The notes under the pieces: model-generated | Told to the model about the DNA's origin: nothing | What the model saw: the letters and a program-made list of their open reading frames with translations, nothing else | Database searches by the model: none | In this document: piece after piece, positions 1-9,522 of the stretch | Numbering within the stretch: the stretch's first letter is position 1 | How the letters are laid out: the number at the start of each line of letters is the position of its first letter | Translations under genes and position numbers: made by a program | NCBI GenBank assembly: GCA_010672635.1 | Contig: JAAHGE010000006.1 | Location: 20,519-70,707, forward strand | DNA from: Desertifilum sp. SIO1I2 | GTDB taxonomy: Bacteria; Cyanobacteriota; Cyanobacteriia; Cyanobacteriales; Desertifilaceae | Direction of reading: 5' to 3' | Length of the DNA stretch: 50,189 nucleotides

Positions 1-272
1 CCCTTTTTCCAAGACAAGAAGTCACACACTGGTCTGCTGGAACACCTCAAGGATTTCAAGAGGGCAGAAGATATTGGGTGCAGCTTGGTCGCAACAACTG
101 GTTGAATTGGCAGCTCACTGGTAGAGGAAGCTCTGGTAGTTTGATGGGACAGCCAGTATATCCTTCTGGGAATAGTGTAACTGTCAGCGTGATTGAATCT
201 GCTCGATTAAGTTACCCTGATAGATTAGAAATTTGGAAAGGACTTATGGGACAGCGGATATACAGACCATGA
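1..272 (+). CDS. 3' end of a gene entering from outside the window; possible Rhs/polymorphic toxin C-terminal domain
   Basis: Frame 3 is open from base 3 to TGA at 270-272 (LFPRQEVTHWSAGTPQGFQEGRRYWVQLGRNNWLNWQLTG...RIYRP). The stop overlaps the next ATG (ATGA). The toxin call is resemblance and gene-pair inference only. Confidence 0.4.
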   Translation, partial: LFPRQEVTHWSAGTPQGFQEGRRYWVQLGRNNWLNWQLTGRGSSGSLMGQPVYPSGNSVTVSVIESARLSYPDRLEIWKGLMGQRIYRP

Positions 273-709
273 GAAATAACCCATCCCTCAAGAAGGTCTT
301 AATAGACATTTTCAAAATTGAATCAATCGCGTTTCTGATAGTTTGGCTATCAGCATACATACAGTTGTCTGTTTTCAACGAAGCTTTTGACTCAAAATCT
401 TGGCAAGAAGCGGCTTACTTATGGGTAATAGGTGTTTGTATTGACTTCCAGGTACTTCTGACAGCAATTTTACTAGCCTTGAGAGGGAGGAATACTTCTA
501 TTATGGTAGGTAGAGGATGGTTGTTTTATTTCATTTCTACAGTTTCTTATGGCAAACTAACCTTTCTTAGGTTTGATATTGACAGTACTCTGTTACTCAG
601 TTTTCTGAAAGCAGTCGAGTTTCTTATATTAAGTTTCTTTCATCTTTTATGTATGTTTATTTCAGCTCGTATAGGAGGAACTCATAGTCGAGAAGATGCA
701 GGGGGATGA
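269..709 (+). CDS. Small multi-pass membrane protein, possible immunity protein
   Basis: ATG at 269 overlaps the upstream stop; about four hydrophobic segments; AT-rich coding sequence. Confidence 0.55.
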   Translation: MRNNPSLKKVLIDIFKIESIAFLIVWLSAYIQLSVFNEAFDSKSWQEAAYLWVIGVCIDFQVLLTAILLALRGRNTSIMVGRGWLFYFISTVSYGKLTFLRFDIDSTLLLSFLKAVEFLILSFFHLLCMFISARIGGTHSREDAGG

Positions 710-779
710 CAGTTGTTCTAGCCAGGGTTACTTTAACCAGCATTGTGTACCGAATTAACGACCCTCGTTTAGCTAGCTA

Positions 780-812
780 GTAGGTTGGGTAGAACGACAG
801 TGAAACCCAACA
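780..812. repeat. REP-like palindromic element (GTAGGTTGGGT...GAAACCCAACA)
   Basis: GTTGGGT/ACCCAAC stem; resembles dispersed intergenic palindromes of cyanobacteria (recognised by eye). Confidence 0.4.
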
Positions 813-1032
813 TCCCTAATTCTTTTGAACGTTTGAGCTGGCATCAATCGCTATACCGATAACGACAGATGATGTGGGTAGAGATTTGAAGTTAGGCAAT
901 TTCCGCCTCTCGTTTACTGACTTAGAGATTCCCCTGACGGGGATTCCCATCGGTGTTACTCGCACTTACGATTCGCTCAGTATACTAACACGGCTCGTTC
1001 GCAATGGGTGAAGCGGGAATTGCAATAGAATG

Positions 1033-1476
1033 AGAGCGATCGCCATTGGTTCAATATAGTGATTCTGTTGCTTGAACTGAGTTGAGTGCAAGGTTGAAAG
1101 ATTACAAGAGCGATCGTCATTTGCGAGACGATAATGACTCTGGTATTTAAATGGATTGCAAGGTTGCAACTTGCCACCAGAGCGATCGCCATTGGTTCAA
1201 CACAAAAACTCCGCTGCTCGAACTGAGTTGAGTGCCAGGTGAAAATCTGATCAAAGCGATTGCTATTTGCCCAACAATTACTGAGCAATCTAAGTTTCTG
1301 CACTTCCTGTTGAATCGGATCAGAGCGATCGCCCTTTGTTCAACCTAATAACTCTGCTGCTCGAACTGAGTTGAGTGCAAGGTTGAAAGATTACGAGAGC
1401 GATCGTCATTGGCTTAACAACCCCTAAGAAACTCAAGTCTATGCGCTTTCTATGGAAATCAGATCAGAGCGATCGC
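1033..1476. repeat. Degenerate ~144-bp tandem repeat (3 units plus start of a 4th)
   Basis: Units start AGAGCGATCGC at 1033, 1179, 1322, 1466. Core GAACTGAGTTGAGTGC at 1074, 1220, 1363. A second HIP1-like site lies 74 bp into each unit. Confidence 0.85.
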
Positions 1477-1574
1477 TGATTGCGATGTTGTCTTTGGCTG
1501 TATGGACACCATTGATGGGAGGTGGCTGTTAAACCGTCTCGCTACGTTTTACGTAAAATGGAGCTTCTTGGGGT

Positions 1575-1925
1575 ATGAAGTCGCTCCGGTATTTCTGGCG
1601 ATCGCTCAAACGGCGGTTACTAGGACAGCCAATTCCTAAAAGAACCATTAAAGTTGAGGAATTGCCAAATCGTTTGCATCCAAACTGCGTATATGTGGCG
1701 GGGGAAGGAGCGTATCTTTGGTTTGTAGCGATGCTTTGTCCCTGCGGTTGTAGAGCTACGCTGTATCTGAGCTTGATGCCAGAAGGCCGTCCGAGGTGGC
1801 ATCTGACGGAACATAAGGACGGTACTATTACGCTTCACCCTTCAGTTTGGCGGACGAAAGACTGTAGAAGCCATTTCTTCCTGCAACAGGGATTAATTCA
1901 ATGGTGTAAATCAACTGAGCAATAA
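1575..1925 (+). CDS. DUF6527-like protein
   Basis: Motifs MLCPCGC, W-x-L...DGTITLHPSVWR...CRSHFF and terminal IQWC. Confidence 0.7.
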   Translation: MKSLRYFWRSLKRRLLGQPIPKRTIKVEELPNRLHPNCVYVAGEGAYLWFVAMLCPCGCRATLYLSLMPEGRPRWHLTEHKDGTITLHPSVWRTKDCRSHFFLQQGLIQWCKSTEQ

Positions 1926-2410
1926 TCATCTCTCACTGATTTTCTGAGTAGAATGACAGGGGGAGCCTTCCTCAATAAACCTCGTTGCTGGCGGAAAAAA
2001 CCTCACCTTCACCATTTCCTTCGCCAACAGTCCGTTCAACTCCAGTTGCTGTTGTTCCGGTTCCCCCAAATCTAAACTTTAACCATTCGACAACAGCCAA
2101 TACGGTCGCTCCAAAACTCAAAAACACTAAATACCTGACCCTCAAAGCCTCTCTGATACCCCGATACACCAGAGAAGCTAAGCTCTCATAGATTTTGCTG
2201 TGGATAGTAATTCCAGGCAGGGTAATCATTGAGTGCTCCCCCGATAAAGGACTGTCATCCGTTTCCCAAAGTATATCGCTTGCCAAACTCCAGAATATAA
2301 AGCTTCTTGTGTTGTATGAATGTACTTTCGATCAAATTCGGGTTCTAACTTAAGTTAGAGCCAGTCTTCTACTTCACGATGGAATGCTTGCTCTATCAAT
2401 TTGTACTGTG

Positions 2411-2536
2411 ATTATTAACAATGTTATAGGTCTTGCCAAATCGGCAAAGGTGTTCAATGTGCCCACAATCCTGACCACAGTCATTGAAGAAAGAGGGGGT
2501 TATATCATTAAGGGACTACAGGATGTTTTTCCTGAA
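2411..2536 (+). pseudogene. Internal fragment of a YcaC-like isochorismatase-family hydrolase
   Basis: Reads IINNVIGLAKSAKVFNVPTILTTVIEERGGYIIKGLQDVFPE; lacks both ends of the family fold. Not in the ORF track. Confidence 0.65.
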
Positions 2537-2769
2537 TTTGCTGGTATGTAGAGAATGAGGTATCGATCCATTGGAAGACTACGCAATCCAGGTAAGATTT
2601 CGCTGCGCTGTCGTCCGAGATTTGGAAATTGAGCAATTTTAGAAAATTTTGCATCCAGTTTAGCAAGAAACCGATCGGCTTGAGCCACACCAGATTCACG
2701 CGCAATATAGTCTGCAATTTGCTCAATATCTCGAATCGCAGGTTCGGTGAGGCGAAACTGGGGGGTCAT
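2500..2769 (-). pseudogene. RelE/ParE-family toxin, C-terminally truncated
   Basis: MTPQFRLTEPAIRDIEQIADYIA...FPNLGRQRSEILPGLRSLPMDRYLILYIP, then an unrelated tail (ANSGKTSCSPLMI) that is the antisense of the hydrolase fragment. Confidence 0.75.
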
Positions 2770-3032
2770 GGCTGGGTAGCATGACGAGAATGCAGGTTAG
2801 CGCGAATTTGTGCCATTGCGGTGGAGCCATCGACGAGTTCACCCCGTTGAGCGGCTTCCCATCCAATTTGAGCTTCCTGTTGGAGTTCTTGCAGTCGTCC
2901 CTGGTAAATGTCTTCCTGCTGTTCGAGGAGTTTTGCACCTGCAATAAGAACGTCGATCGCAGTCTGATATTTGCCGCTAGCCAGTTGGCGCTGCACGAGT
3001 TCTTCAAGTTCGGGTGGGAGAACAATTTGCAT
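2766..3032 (-). CDS. ParD-like ribbon-helix-helix antitoxin
   Basis: MQIVLPPELEELVQRQLASGKYQTAIDVL...; ATGA overlap with the toxin; start placed at ATG 3032. Confidence 0.8.
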   Translation of the reverse strand: MQIVLPPELEELVQRQLASGKYQTAIDVLIAGAKLLEQQEDIYQGRLQELQQEAQIGWEAAQRGELVDGSTAMAQIRANLHSRHATQP

Positions 3033-3527
3033 AGAGGACTCTGGCAGGAATGCTGCTCTTATTGTATGCGATCGCGGTTTAGCCTGCCTCTGAAAGAGCG
3101 ACCTCACTCTCGTCAGCATTTTGCCTGAATCTACAACCTGAATGTAGGGGTCACTTGTTGTTCTGCTCTATCTACAGATTCAAGCCTCTCTAACCAGTCG
3201 ATGTTTATTGCTTCGGCTCTAGCTCGTTGCACCAATCTATAATCAGGTAATTTGATTTCAGGTTGGCGTTGCTGGGGATTGGTGAAATTATTCCTCAATG
3301 TAAATAGCGATTCTTGTGCTAATTGCGATCGTGCAAATCATTCTGAGTGCAATCCAACTGAAAGCCGAGCAGATGAGTCGTTCTTATCCCTCTACCTAGA
3401 ATTTAGGAAAACAACCGAAGAAAAGAGGTGTTACTTTGTGAAGTGACACACGGCATAGACGCAAAATTGATTGAATTCTATCATCATCTGATTAGACGAT
3501 ATCAATCTTTATTAGTGTATATCTTCG

Positions 3528-4475
3528 ATGAATGCTCTAGAAAAGCCTCAAGTTCATCCTGAATTACTCAAAGCACTCTATCATCAGAAACAGCATTCCT
3601 ATACGCGTCTGCTGGTTTTTGTGGCGCTGTATGCGGTTAGCGCGATCGCAGTTTTCTTTCTCTCTCAAGAAATCCAGAGTTTCTGGATCTATCCAGTCGG
3701 GATTCCCTTCTATATTATTGCAGCCGCTTCCCTGCATGGAATGAGTTTATTTACCCATGAAGGCGTACATGGGGTTTTAGATCGCAATCCCCAGATTAAT
3801 CGATTTCTCAGTATTGCCTGCGCCTTACCTGTCGGACAAAACTTTTCAGCCTATCAGGTATTACATCTGAGACATCATCAACATTTAGGTGCAGAAGGCG
3901 ATCCAGATCGCTATAAAAACTATACTCGCCAATCTGGGTTAGTCTTCCTGATGTATTGGGGACGATTATTGATTGGTTATCCTGTTTATTTGATTGTCAT
4001 TCCGATTTTAGGCTGGCTTCAGGGAAATGCTAAAGAACGATTTTGGATTGCATTGGAAGTGCTGTTACTCGGTTTAGGGGTGACAGGTGCAGTTTTATCT
4101 CCCATCCCCCGTGCTTTTTGGGTTCATGGCTGGTTAATTCCCATGCTATTGATTAACCTAATGGTCAATATTCGTGGCATGAGCCAGCATACCTTGTTAG
4201 AACCAGAAACCGATTTAATCCGAGGTACGCGCACGATTATCACCTCGCCTTTAGTGCGGTTCTTTATGTGCAATGAAAACTATCATCTAGAGCATCACCT
4301 GTATCCAGCTGTGCCGTGGTATCACCTGCCACAGTTGCATGAGGAGTTGAAAGCGGAATTAGAAAGACTCGGCGCGCCTTATATTCCTTCCTATTTCTCA
4401 TTTGTGCGCGATTTTGCGATCGCAAGTCTGACCAAAACCACGACAGGTAGCGTCGCAATCGCACCCAAGACCTAA
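3528..4475 (+). CDS. Membrane-bound fatty acid desaturase-family diiron enzyme
   Basis: Three His boxes (HEGVH, HLRHH, HLEHH) and hydrophobic segments. Confidence 0.9.
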   Translation: MNALEKPQVHPELLKALYHQKQHSYTRLLVFVALYAVSAIAVFFLSQEIQSFWIYPVGIPFYIIAAASLHGMSLFTHEGVHGVLDRNPQINRFLSIACALPVGQNFSAYQVLHLRHHQHLGAEGDPDRYKNYTRQSGLVFLMYWGRLLIGYPVYLIVIPILGWLQGNAKERFWIALEVLLLGLGVTGAVLSPIPRAFWVHGWLIPMLLINLMVNIRGMSQHTLLEPETDLIRGTRTIITSPLVRFFMCNENYHLEHHLYPAVPWYHLPQLHEELKAELERLGAPYIPSYFSFVRDFAIASLTKTTTGSVAIAPKT

Positions 4476-4493
4476 TCCTCTGAGAAAATTATC

Positions 4494-5225
4494 ATGCAAC
4501 AACTTGAAGCGCAACGGATGATTTCACCTCAAACATTAGGCTGGCAAGAATTAGTTAAATATCCTACCCTCAACGCAGCCGTGTTGCACGTCGCCAGTAG
4601 CTATGATTTTCGCTACCATCCTTATCTAGTTTGGATGCAGGAAACAGCGACTTCGCGAGAGGCTTTTTGCCAGAGTCAATTACCCTTTCGGTTTGCAGTC
4701 GAATCCTTTTCTCAAGCATTGGCGGCAGTTTTGGCGCGGATACCCCTTCTAGAAACGCGCATGACGCTATTTGAGAATATCGCCGAAGAACATGGTAGAG
4801 GCGATCGCAAAATCTCTCATAAAGCCACCTTTCAACGCTATCTGCAAGCTTTAGGTGCAACAGCAGTGGAACTCGAAACCCCTTGTACTATCCCAGTTCT
4901 CGCCTTTAACGCCTCTATTTTGTCCTACTGCTTAACTCAACCCCCCGAAGCGAGTGCAGCCATGTTAGGGACAATCGAATATCTCTATGTGGGAATTAGC
5001 AGCGCGATCGCGCGTACCCTATTAGAACGCAACTGGACGCTTCCGGGTAGCCAATCTCACTACACCACTCACGAAATTTTGGATACGCAACACGCTGAAG
5101 ACTTGCTAGCATTGGCGGCGACTAGCTGGGATGTCTCCCACTCTCGCATCCTAATTGCTCAAGCACTACTCTTGGGAGCCTACTATTTTTGGAGTTTATA
5201 CGATGATTTGCTCCCCCGCCTCTGA
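4494..5225 (+). CDS. Heme-oxygenase-like diiron oxidase (iron-containing redox enzyme, TenA/PqqC/CADD fold)
   Basis: ENIAEEHG...SH, IEY and HYTTHEILDTQH ligand pattern. Confidence 0.75.
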   Translation: MQQLEAQRMISPQTLGWQELVKYPTLNAAVLHVASSYDFRYHPYLVWMQETATSREAFCQSQLPFRFAVESFSQALAAVLARIPLLETRMTLFENIAEEHGRGDRKISHKATFQRYLQALGATAVELETPCTIPVLAFNASILSYCLTQPPEASAAMLGTIEYLYVGISSAIARTLLERNWTLPGSQSHYTTHEILDTQHAEDLLALAATSWDVSHSRILIAQALLLGAYYFWSLYDDLLPRL

Positions 5226-6273
5226 AATTGCGTTTTCTCAAACACGAGAAGATCCAAATATAGAACTGCAAATCATCGAGCAGTTAGCTACAAATATAGG
5301 ACATTCCCTGCGGGTTTTGTTAATTGCTTCCGGAGGGTGTACGGCGCTTAGTTTACTCGTTCATCCTGCTATAGCTAGCATTGAAGCGGTTGATTTAAAT
5401 CCGGCTCAATTGCATCTAGTCGAGTTACGAAGACAGGCTTTATTACATTTAGACTTAAACGCACAGCTTCAATTCATTGGCGCAGATTTGGCTGGGGATG
5501 AGTCTGAACGACTTCGATTGTATCAGCAATTGCGATCGCACTTACCCACCCCTACCCAAGCATTTTGGGATAACCGACAATCGCAAATTGCCTTTGGCGT
5601 GAATCGGGTTGGACGGTTTGAGCAGTTATTTCACGAACTTTCAGAACAGTTTAATCAACTGGGTTTAGACCCGATAGAGAACCCTGAGATCGCCGTCAAT
5701 CATCCCCAATGGTCTGCAATATTTGAAAAAGTATTTGAGCGTCAGAAACTTACCAGAACCTTTGGTGAGGCTGCTGTTAACTATTCAATGGATCGCAGTT
5801 TTGGCGAACATTTTGCCGATGTCTTTGCTTTAGCATTGCAACGCTTTAGTCCCCAAGATAATTACTTTTTAACTCAAGTTTGGCGAGACAGTTACTCAGA
5901 CAACAGCAAGCCGCTCTATTTGCAAGCCGAGGCTCAAGAAATTATTCGCCAGCAGGGATGTCACCGCCTTCACTTGCATCAAGGTTTATTCGTTGAGCAA
6001 ATGCTAAAACTTGCTCAGTTAGGAAAATTTGACCTGATCCAATTTTCTAATATCTCGGATTGGATGCCGTTACCAGATCTGCACAAAATGCTAGCCAATG
6101 CCTTTCAGTGCTTGAACCCAGGCGGCGCTTTACTCGGACGACGGCTTAATGGCGATCGTCATTTAGCAACAGTTATGGCAGAGCATTTAGAGGTAGATGA
6201 TTCACTCAGCACTCAACTTCTAAAGTTAGACCGTTCTTTCTTTTATCGCGAAGTTGTGGTGGGATTCCATTGA
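5203..6273 (+). CDS. DUF3419/BtaA-like SAM-dependent 3-amino-3-carboxypropyl transferase family protein
   Basis: REDP..E, IASGGCTALSLL, VDLNPAQL and SNISDW motifs; ATG 5203 overlaps the upstream gene end. Confidence 0.75.
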   Translation: MICSPASEIAFSQTREDPNIELQIIEQLATNIGHSLRVLLIASGGCTALSLLVHPAIASIEAVDLNPAQLHLVELRRQALLHLDLNAQLQFIGADLAGDESERLRLYQQLRSHLPTPTQAFWDNRQSQIAFGVNRVGRFEQLFHELSEQFNQLGLDPIENPEIAVNHPQWSAIFEKVFERQKLTRTFGEAAVNYSMDRSFGEHFADVFALALQRFSPQDNYFLTQVWRDSYSDNSKPLYLQAEAQEIIRQQGCHRLHLHQGLFVEQMLKLAQLGKFDLIQFSNISDWMPLPDLHKMLANAFQCLNPGGALLGRRLNGDRHLATVMAEHLEVDDSLSTQLLKLDRSFFYREVVVGFH

Positions 6274-7043
6274 TGAAATTTCATTGCATTACCCCCGAAG
6301 AACGCTTGAGATTTCAACCGTCAATTGTGGCAATTGAGCAAATTGCTAAATATCCTTTGGGGAATGACTTTTTTCAGATCGACCATGGGGAAAACTACTT
6401 TGCTTTTTTCGATCGTCTGGGGGAAGTCAATTATTATGTAGCATTAGATCGCGATCGCGTAGTCGCAGTTGGTGCGGGAATATTGCGCCAAATCTTGAAT
6501 TCCCCGGCTTGGTATTTGTGCGATCTCAAAGTGCATCCCGACTATCAGCAACAATATCTCTCGCTGCGCCTGTTGCGTTACGCACTTGGGGGAAGTTTGC
6601 AAAAGTGCGATCGCGGTTATGCCATTTTAATGAATCCTAGCCGTTTAGCGAGGATCTATCAGCGATTTCCCTTCTTGCAATTTCGCCACGCCACCACGCT
6701 GAACCTCTACAGCTTCGATGCAGAGACAATGGATCGTTTTTCTTCTCTACTTGCCGCACATCGAGGTCCTATTTCCTACCTATCCTTACAAGGAATTAAG
6801 GATTTAAGGTTAACCAGTACCAGAGAAATTCTGCCGTTATTGCACGTTCAGTGGGGTGTAACGGCAGATCAAGGGCATTCTACCCCTTTACCGGGATATA
6901 CTCATATGTTTTGTGCACCTGTGGAAGACGAATTAGCGATCGCACTAATAGCCAAAGGGATCTCCCCAATGGCAACCGCTACTGTTATTAGTCAGGGTAT
7001 GGCTGAGAGTGATTGGCGATTTATTTTAACCAGCGAGATTTGA
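6270..7043 (+). CDS. GNAT-fold acyltransferase-like protein
   Basis: WYLCDLKVHPDYQQQ motif-A-like segment; start overlaps the upstream stop. Confidence 0.6.
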   Translation: MMKFHCITPEERLRFQPSIVAIEQIAKYPLGNDFFQIDHGENYFAFFDRLGEVNYYVALDRDRVVAVGAGILRQILNSPAWYLCDLKVHPDYQQQYLSLRLLRYALGGSLQKCDRGYAILMNPSRLARIYQRFPFLQFRHATTLNLYSFDAETMDRFSSLLAAHRGPISYLSLQGIKDLRLTSTREILPLLHVQWGVTADQGHSTPLPGYTHMFCAPVEDELAIALIAKGISPMATATVISQGMAESDWRFILTSEI

Positions 7044-7221
7044 TCTCCCAGTTTAAGGAGTTTACCTTTGTTGTATCACCGTTATTACACCTAGATTGAG
7101 ATAGATAGCTCATTAATAATAAGTAGTTATACTCAAGACAAGTTTATTTATTTAATTAATTATTGAGATAAACGACAATGAATTTAGCTTAAATTACGGT
7201 CAACCTTTCTTTTGTTAACTC

Positions 7222-7746
7222 ATGAAAATTAATTGGATACAGCAATTACAACGTCAAATAATTATACTAATTGCTACCGCTTTTATTTTCTTAACAGCTT
7301 TGGTAATTTTACCCACTTTACCCGCTCATGCCAAAGTCACTTCTCCTTCTTCTGAAATTCATTTGTTCTTACCTAATGAATGGAAATCAATGAATAATAA
7401 ATCCAGTTTGGAAGTGGCGGCTGAAATTAACCAACGTTTGGACATTATGCGTAATGAAATTGGTCGAGCTATTCTTCATAAAATCCATAGTCTTGGAGTT
7501 TATGAAGAAGCAGAACCCGTTCTTTTTGCTGCTCATGATGGAGGTATATATGTTTTTCGATTTGTCCTACATTGGAATAGAGACTTAAAAATTACCGAAA
7601 GAAAACATACAACTGTAGTTGATTGGGAAGTCTTAAAAAATCAACATTATCGAACTATAGTTCAAGCAGATGATTCAACCTTTGCTGCCAAGAATATTGA
7701 TGAATTAAATTATTTCTTTTTTCAGATGCTCGGTCAGGACATTTAA
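7222..7746 (+). CDS. Hypothetical exported protein
   Basis: ATG ORF of 174 aa with a signal-peptide-like N-terminus (hydrophobic stretch, PAHA-K); AT-rich surroundings. Confidence 0.6.
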   Translation: MKINWIQQLQRQIIILIATAFIFLTALVILPTLPAHAKVTSPSSEIHLFLPNEWKSMNNKSSLEVAAEINQRLDIMRNEIGRAILHKIHSLGVYEEAEPVLFAAHDGGIYVFRFVLHWNRDLKITERKHTTVVDWEVLKNQHYRTIVQADDSTFAAKNIDELNYFFFQMLGQDI

Positions 7747-7967
7747 AATATTGACCTGACGATTATTCGCTCGTTTTGCCAGGAGCTAATTTATATTATT
7801 CCCTGGCATAGAATAGTTCATAAAACAACAATATATGCAGTTAATTCTGATCGTTTAATAATTGATAGCAGAACCACTAATAATTTAAATAATGATGTTG
7901 CTTGACCTTTCCTTTTTTTTCAACTAATTGACCGTCGTAATAAGGACAAAACAGTTCAGTATCGCAC

Positions 7968-8657
7968 CTAAAATCCCAACTTCTGCACAGCCCGACGCTT
8001 AGTTTCCTCACCTCTGCGATCGTACTTAGCAGTTGTCACTAGGGAAGAATGACCCGCAAGTTTCTGCACCGTCACAATATCGACTCCAGCATCTAACAAG
8101 TCAGAACAAAACGTCCTTCTGAAGTCGTGGGGACTGAACTGTTCAACACCTGCTTGAGCTGCCCGTTTCTGCACAATCAGCAAAACCGCTTGGGGGGTCA
8201 TGTGCCGCCATTCGACGCGCCCGCTTTTATGGATCGGACATAGGAGCGGGCCCGCTTGGTCGCCGCGATGAGAGAGCCAAGGCTGTAGATAGGCGATCGC
8301 TCCTTCTGGTAAATAAACCGTTCTATCTTTGCCACCTTTCCCCTGGCGAACTTCCAGCGCTCCGGTTTTCGGGTTGAGGTCTTTGAGTTCTAGTTTCACC
8401 ACCTCAGCTCGTCGCAATCCCGAACCGCGCAGAATAGCAATCAAAGCAGCATCTCTAACGCCTTGTAAAGATGGGTCATTAGCGCAGACTTTCATCAAAG
8501 ATGCAATCTCAGCACTGGTTAAGGCGCGACCCCGGAGTTTACGAGTATCTTTGATTTTGGGCAGATCGATCGCCATTGTGTAACTGTCAGAATCCATCAA
8601 CTTTAATCGGGTCGCTTCCTTAAGTACCCGCCGCAGCGCCGCCATCATTTTCTTCAC
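7968..8657 (-). pseudogene. Tyrosine recombinase/integrase, N-terminal domain missing
   Basis: Catalytic set present (GLRRAE, GKGGKDR, PHDFRR, LAGH, TAKYD). An in-frame stop lies about 9 codons upstream of GTG 8657, so the N-terminal binding domain is absent. Confidence 0.8.
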
Positions 8658-9054
8658 GGTGCTGGGACTATTGCTTCTAGAAAGTCATTGTCGCTCAGAT
8701 TGGGGCAAAAAGTTCTGGGGGTGTCGGTTTGCACATAAGATGTAAAGGACAAGCTTTCACGATCTTCCAGTCCCAAATTTTTCGGCAATAAAGAGCTTCT
8801 TTCAAACAGCTTGGACATAGATGCTGCTGAGCCGATGATGACGAGAGTTTGCCGAAAAGGGTCTAATTCGGCAAAGTTGGAGGTAAGGTCTGACCAGACT
8901 CTCCAGTTAAATCTCCCCCAATTTTTTTCACTCTCATTTGAATCAGGCTGTTAGTGTACTACACGGAGTTAGAAACTGCTGTACCGTCAGTTTCCTCTCG
9001 TTCCTAAAGGAAACCTTTACTAACCCCCGTAATAACGTGGTTTTATGATTGACT

Positions 9055-9288
9055 TTAGGAAAGAGAACTAACTGGAACTACCAGTAAGGTGATACCTTGG
9101 ATAGCAACTACAGTGACTGGCTCGTCGGGAAGAACCGTCGCTTGGCAATCTGGATGATAAAACTGGGCTGGCCAGTAAGTCCCCTGAAATTTAACTCGTC
9201 CGGGCTGATTGCGGGTGATCTCACGCTCGACTTAACCTAGGAGCGGATCTGGCAATTTCTGAATCTCGCTGCGGGTAAATAAATTCAT
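9055..9288 (-). pseudogene. NfeD-like OB-fold small protein with an in-frame stop
   Basis: MNLFTRSEIQKLPDPLLG*VEREITRNQPGRVKFQGTYWPAQFYHPDCQATVLPDEPVTVVAIQGITLLVVPVSSLS; TAA at 9232-9234. Not in the ORF track. Confidence 0.7.
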
Positions 9289-9432
9289 GGTCTGGCTACT
9301 TTGCTGCTTCCCTATAATTCAGGAGGTAACTTTCATCAATGAAAGCCTGAATCATTCTTATTGTCGTAATAGCAATGTACTGGGCAGTAAAATTTTTTTC
9401 AATACATAATCTTCAACTTTTTTCATGAAATT

Positions 9433-9459
9433 AAGTTCATAAAGTTCATAAAATTCATC
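9433..9459. promoter_or_regulatory. Three 9-bp tandem direct repeats, possible operator
   Basis: AAGTTCATA AAGTTCATA AAATTCATC in the divergent intergenic region, 64 bp before the NB-ARC start. Function is inferred. Confidence 0.35.
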
Positions 9460-9522
9460 AAACTAATCACATTTTTATTAAGAGTGTTGAACTTTTATAA
9501 GGTTTTGAGATTGAGCTAGCTA

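Noticed and set aside
1033-1476. CRISPR array interpretation of the periodic repeat
   Set aside because: The conserved part is ~88 bp and degenerate, the variable parts resemble each other (units 2 and 3), and no cas genes are in the window.
1972-2286. ORFs at 1972-2286 (-) and 1985-2191 (+)
   Set aside because: No recognisable motifs or good starts; possibly a frameshifted remnant but not assignable.
3528-7043. Calling the operon a canonical DGTS betaine-lipid (btaAB) pathway
   Set aside because: No BtaB-like methyltransferase is adjacent and the partner genes are atypical.
8660-8930. ~88-codon open minus-strand frame and a 9-bp hairpin (8848-8875) upstream of the integrase
   Set aside because: No start codon or family resemblance; it is out of frame with the integrase and not its missing N-terminus.
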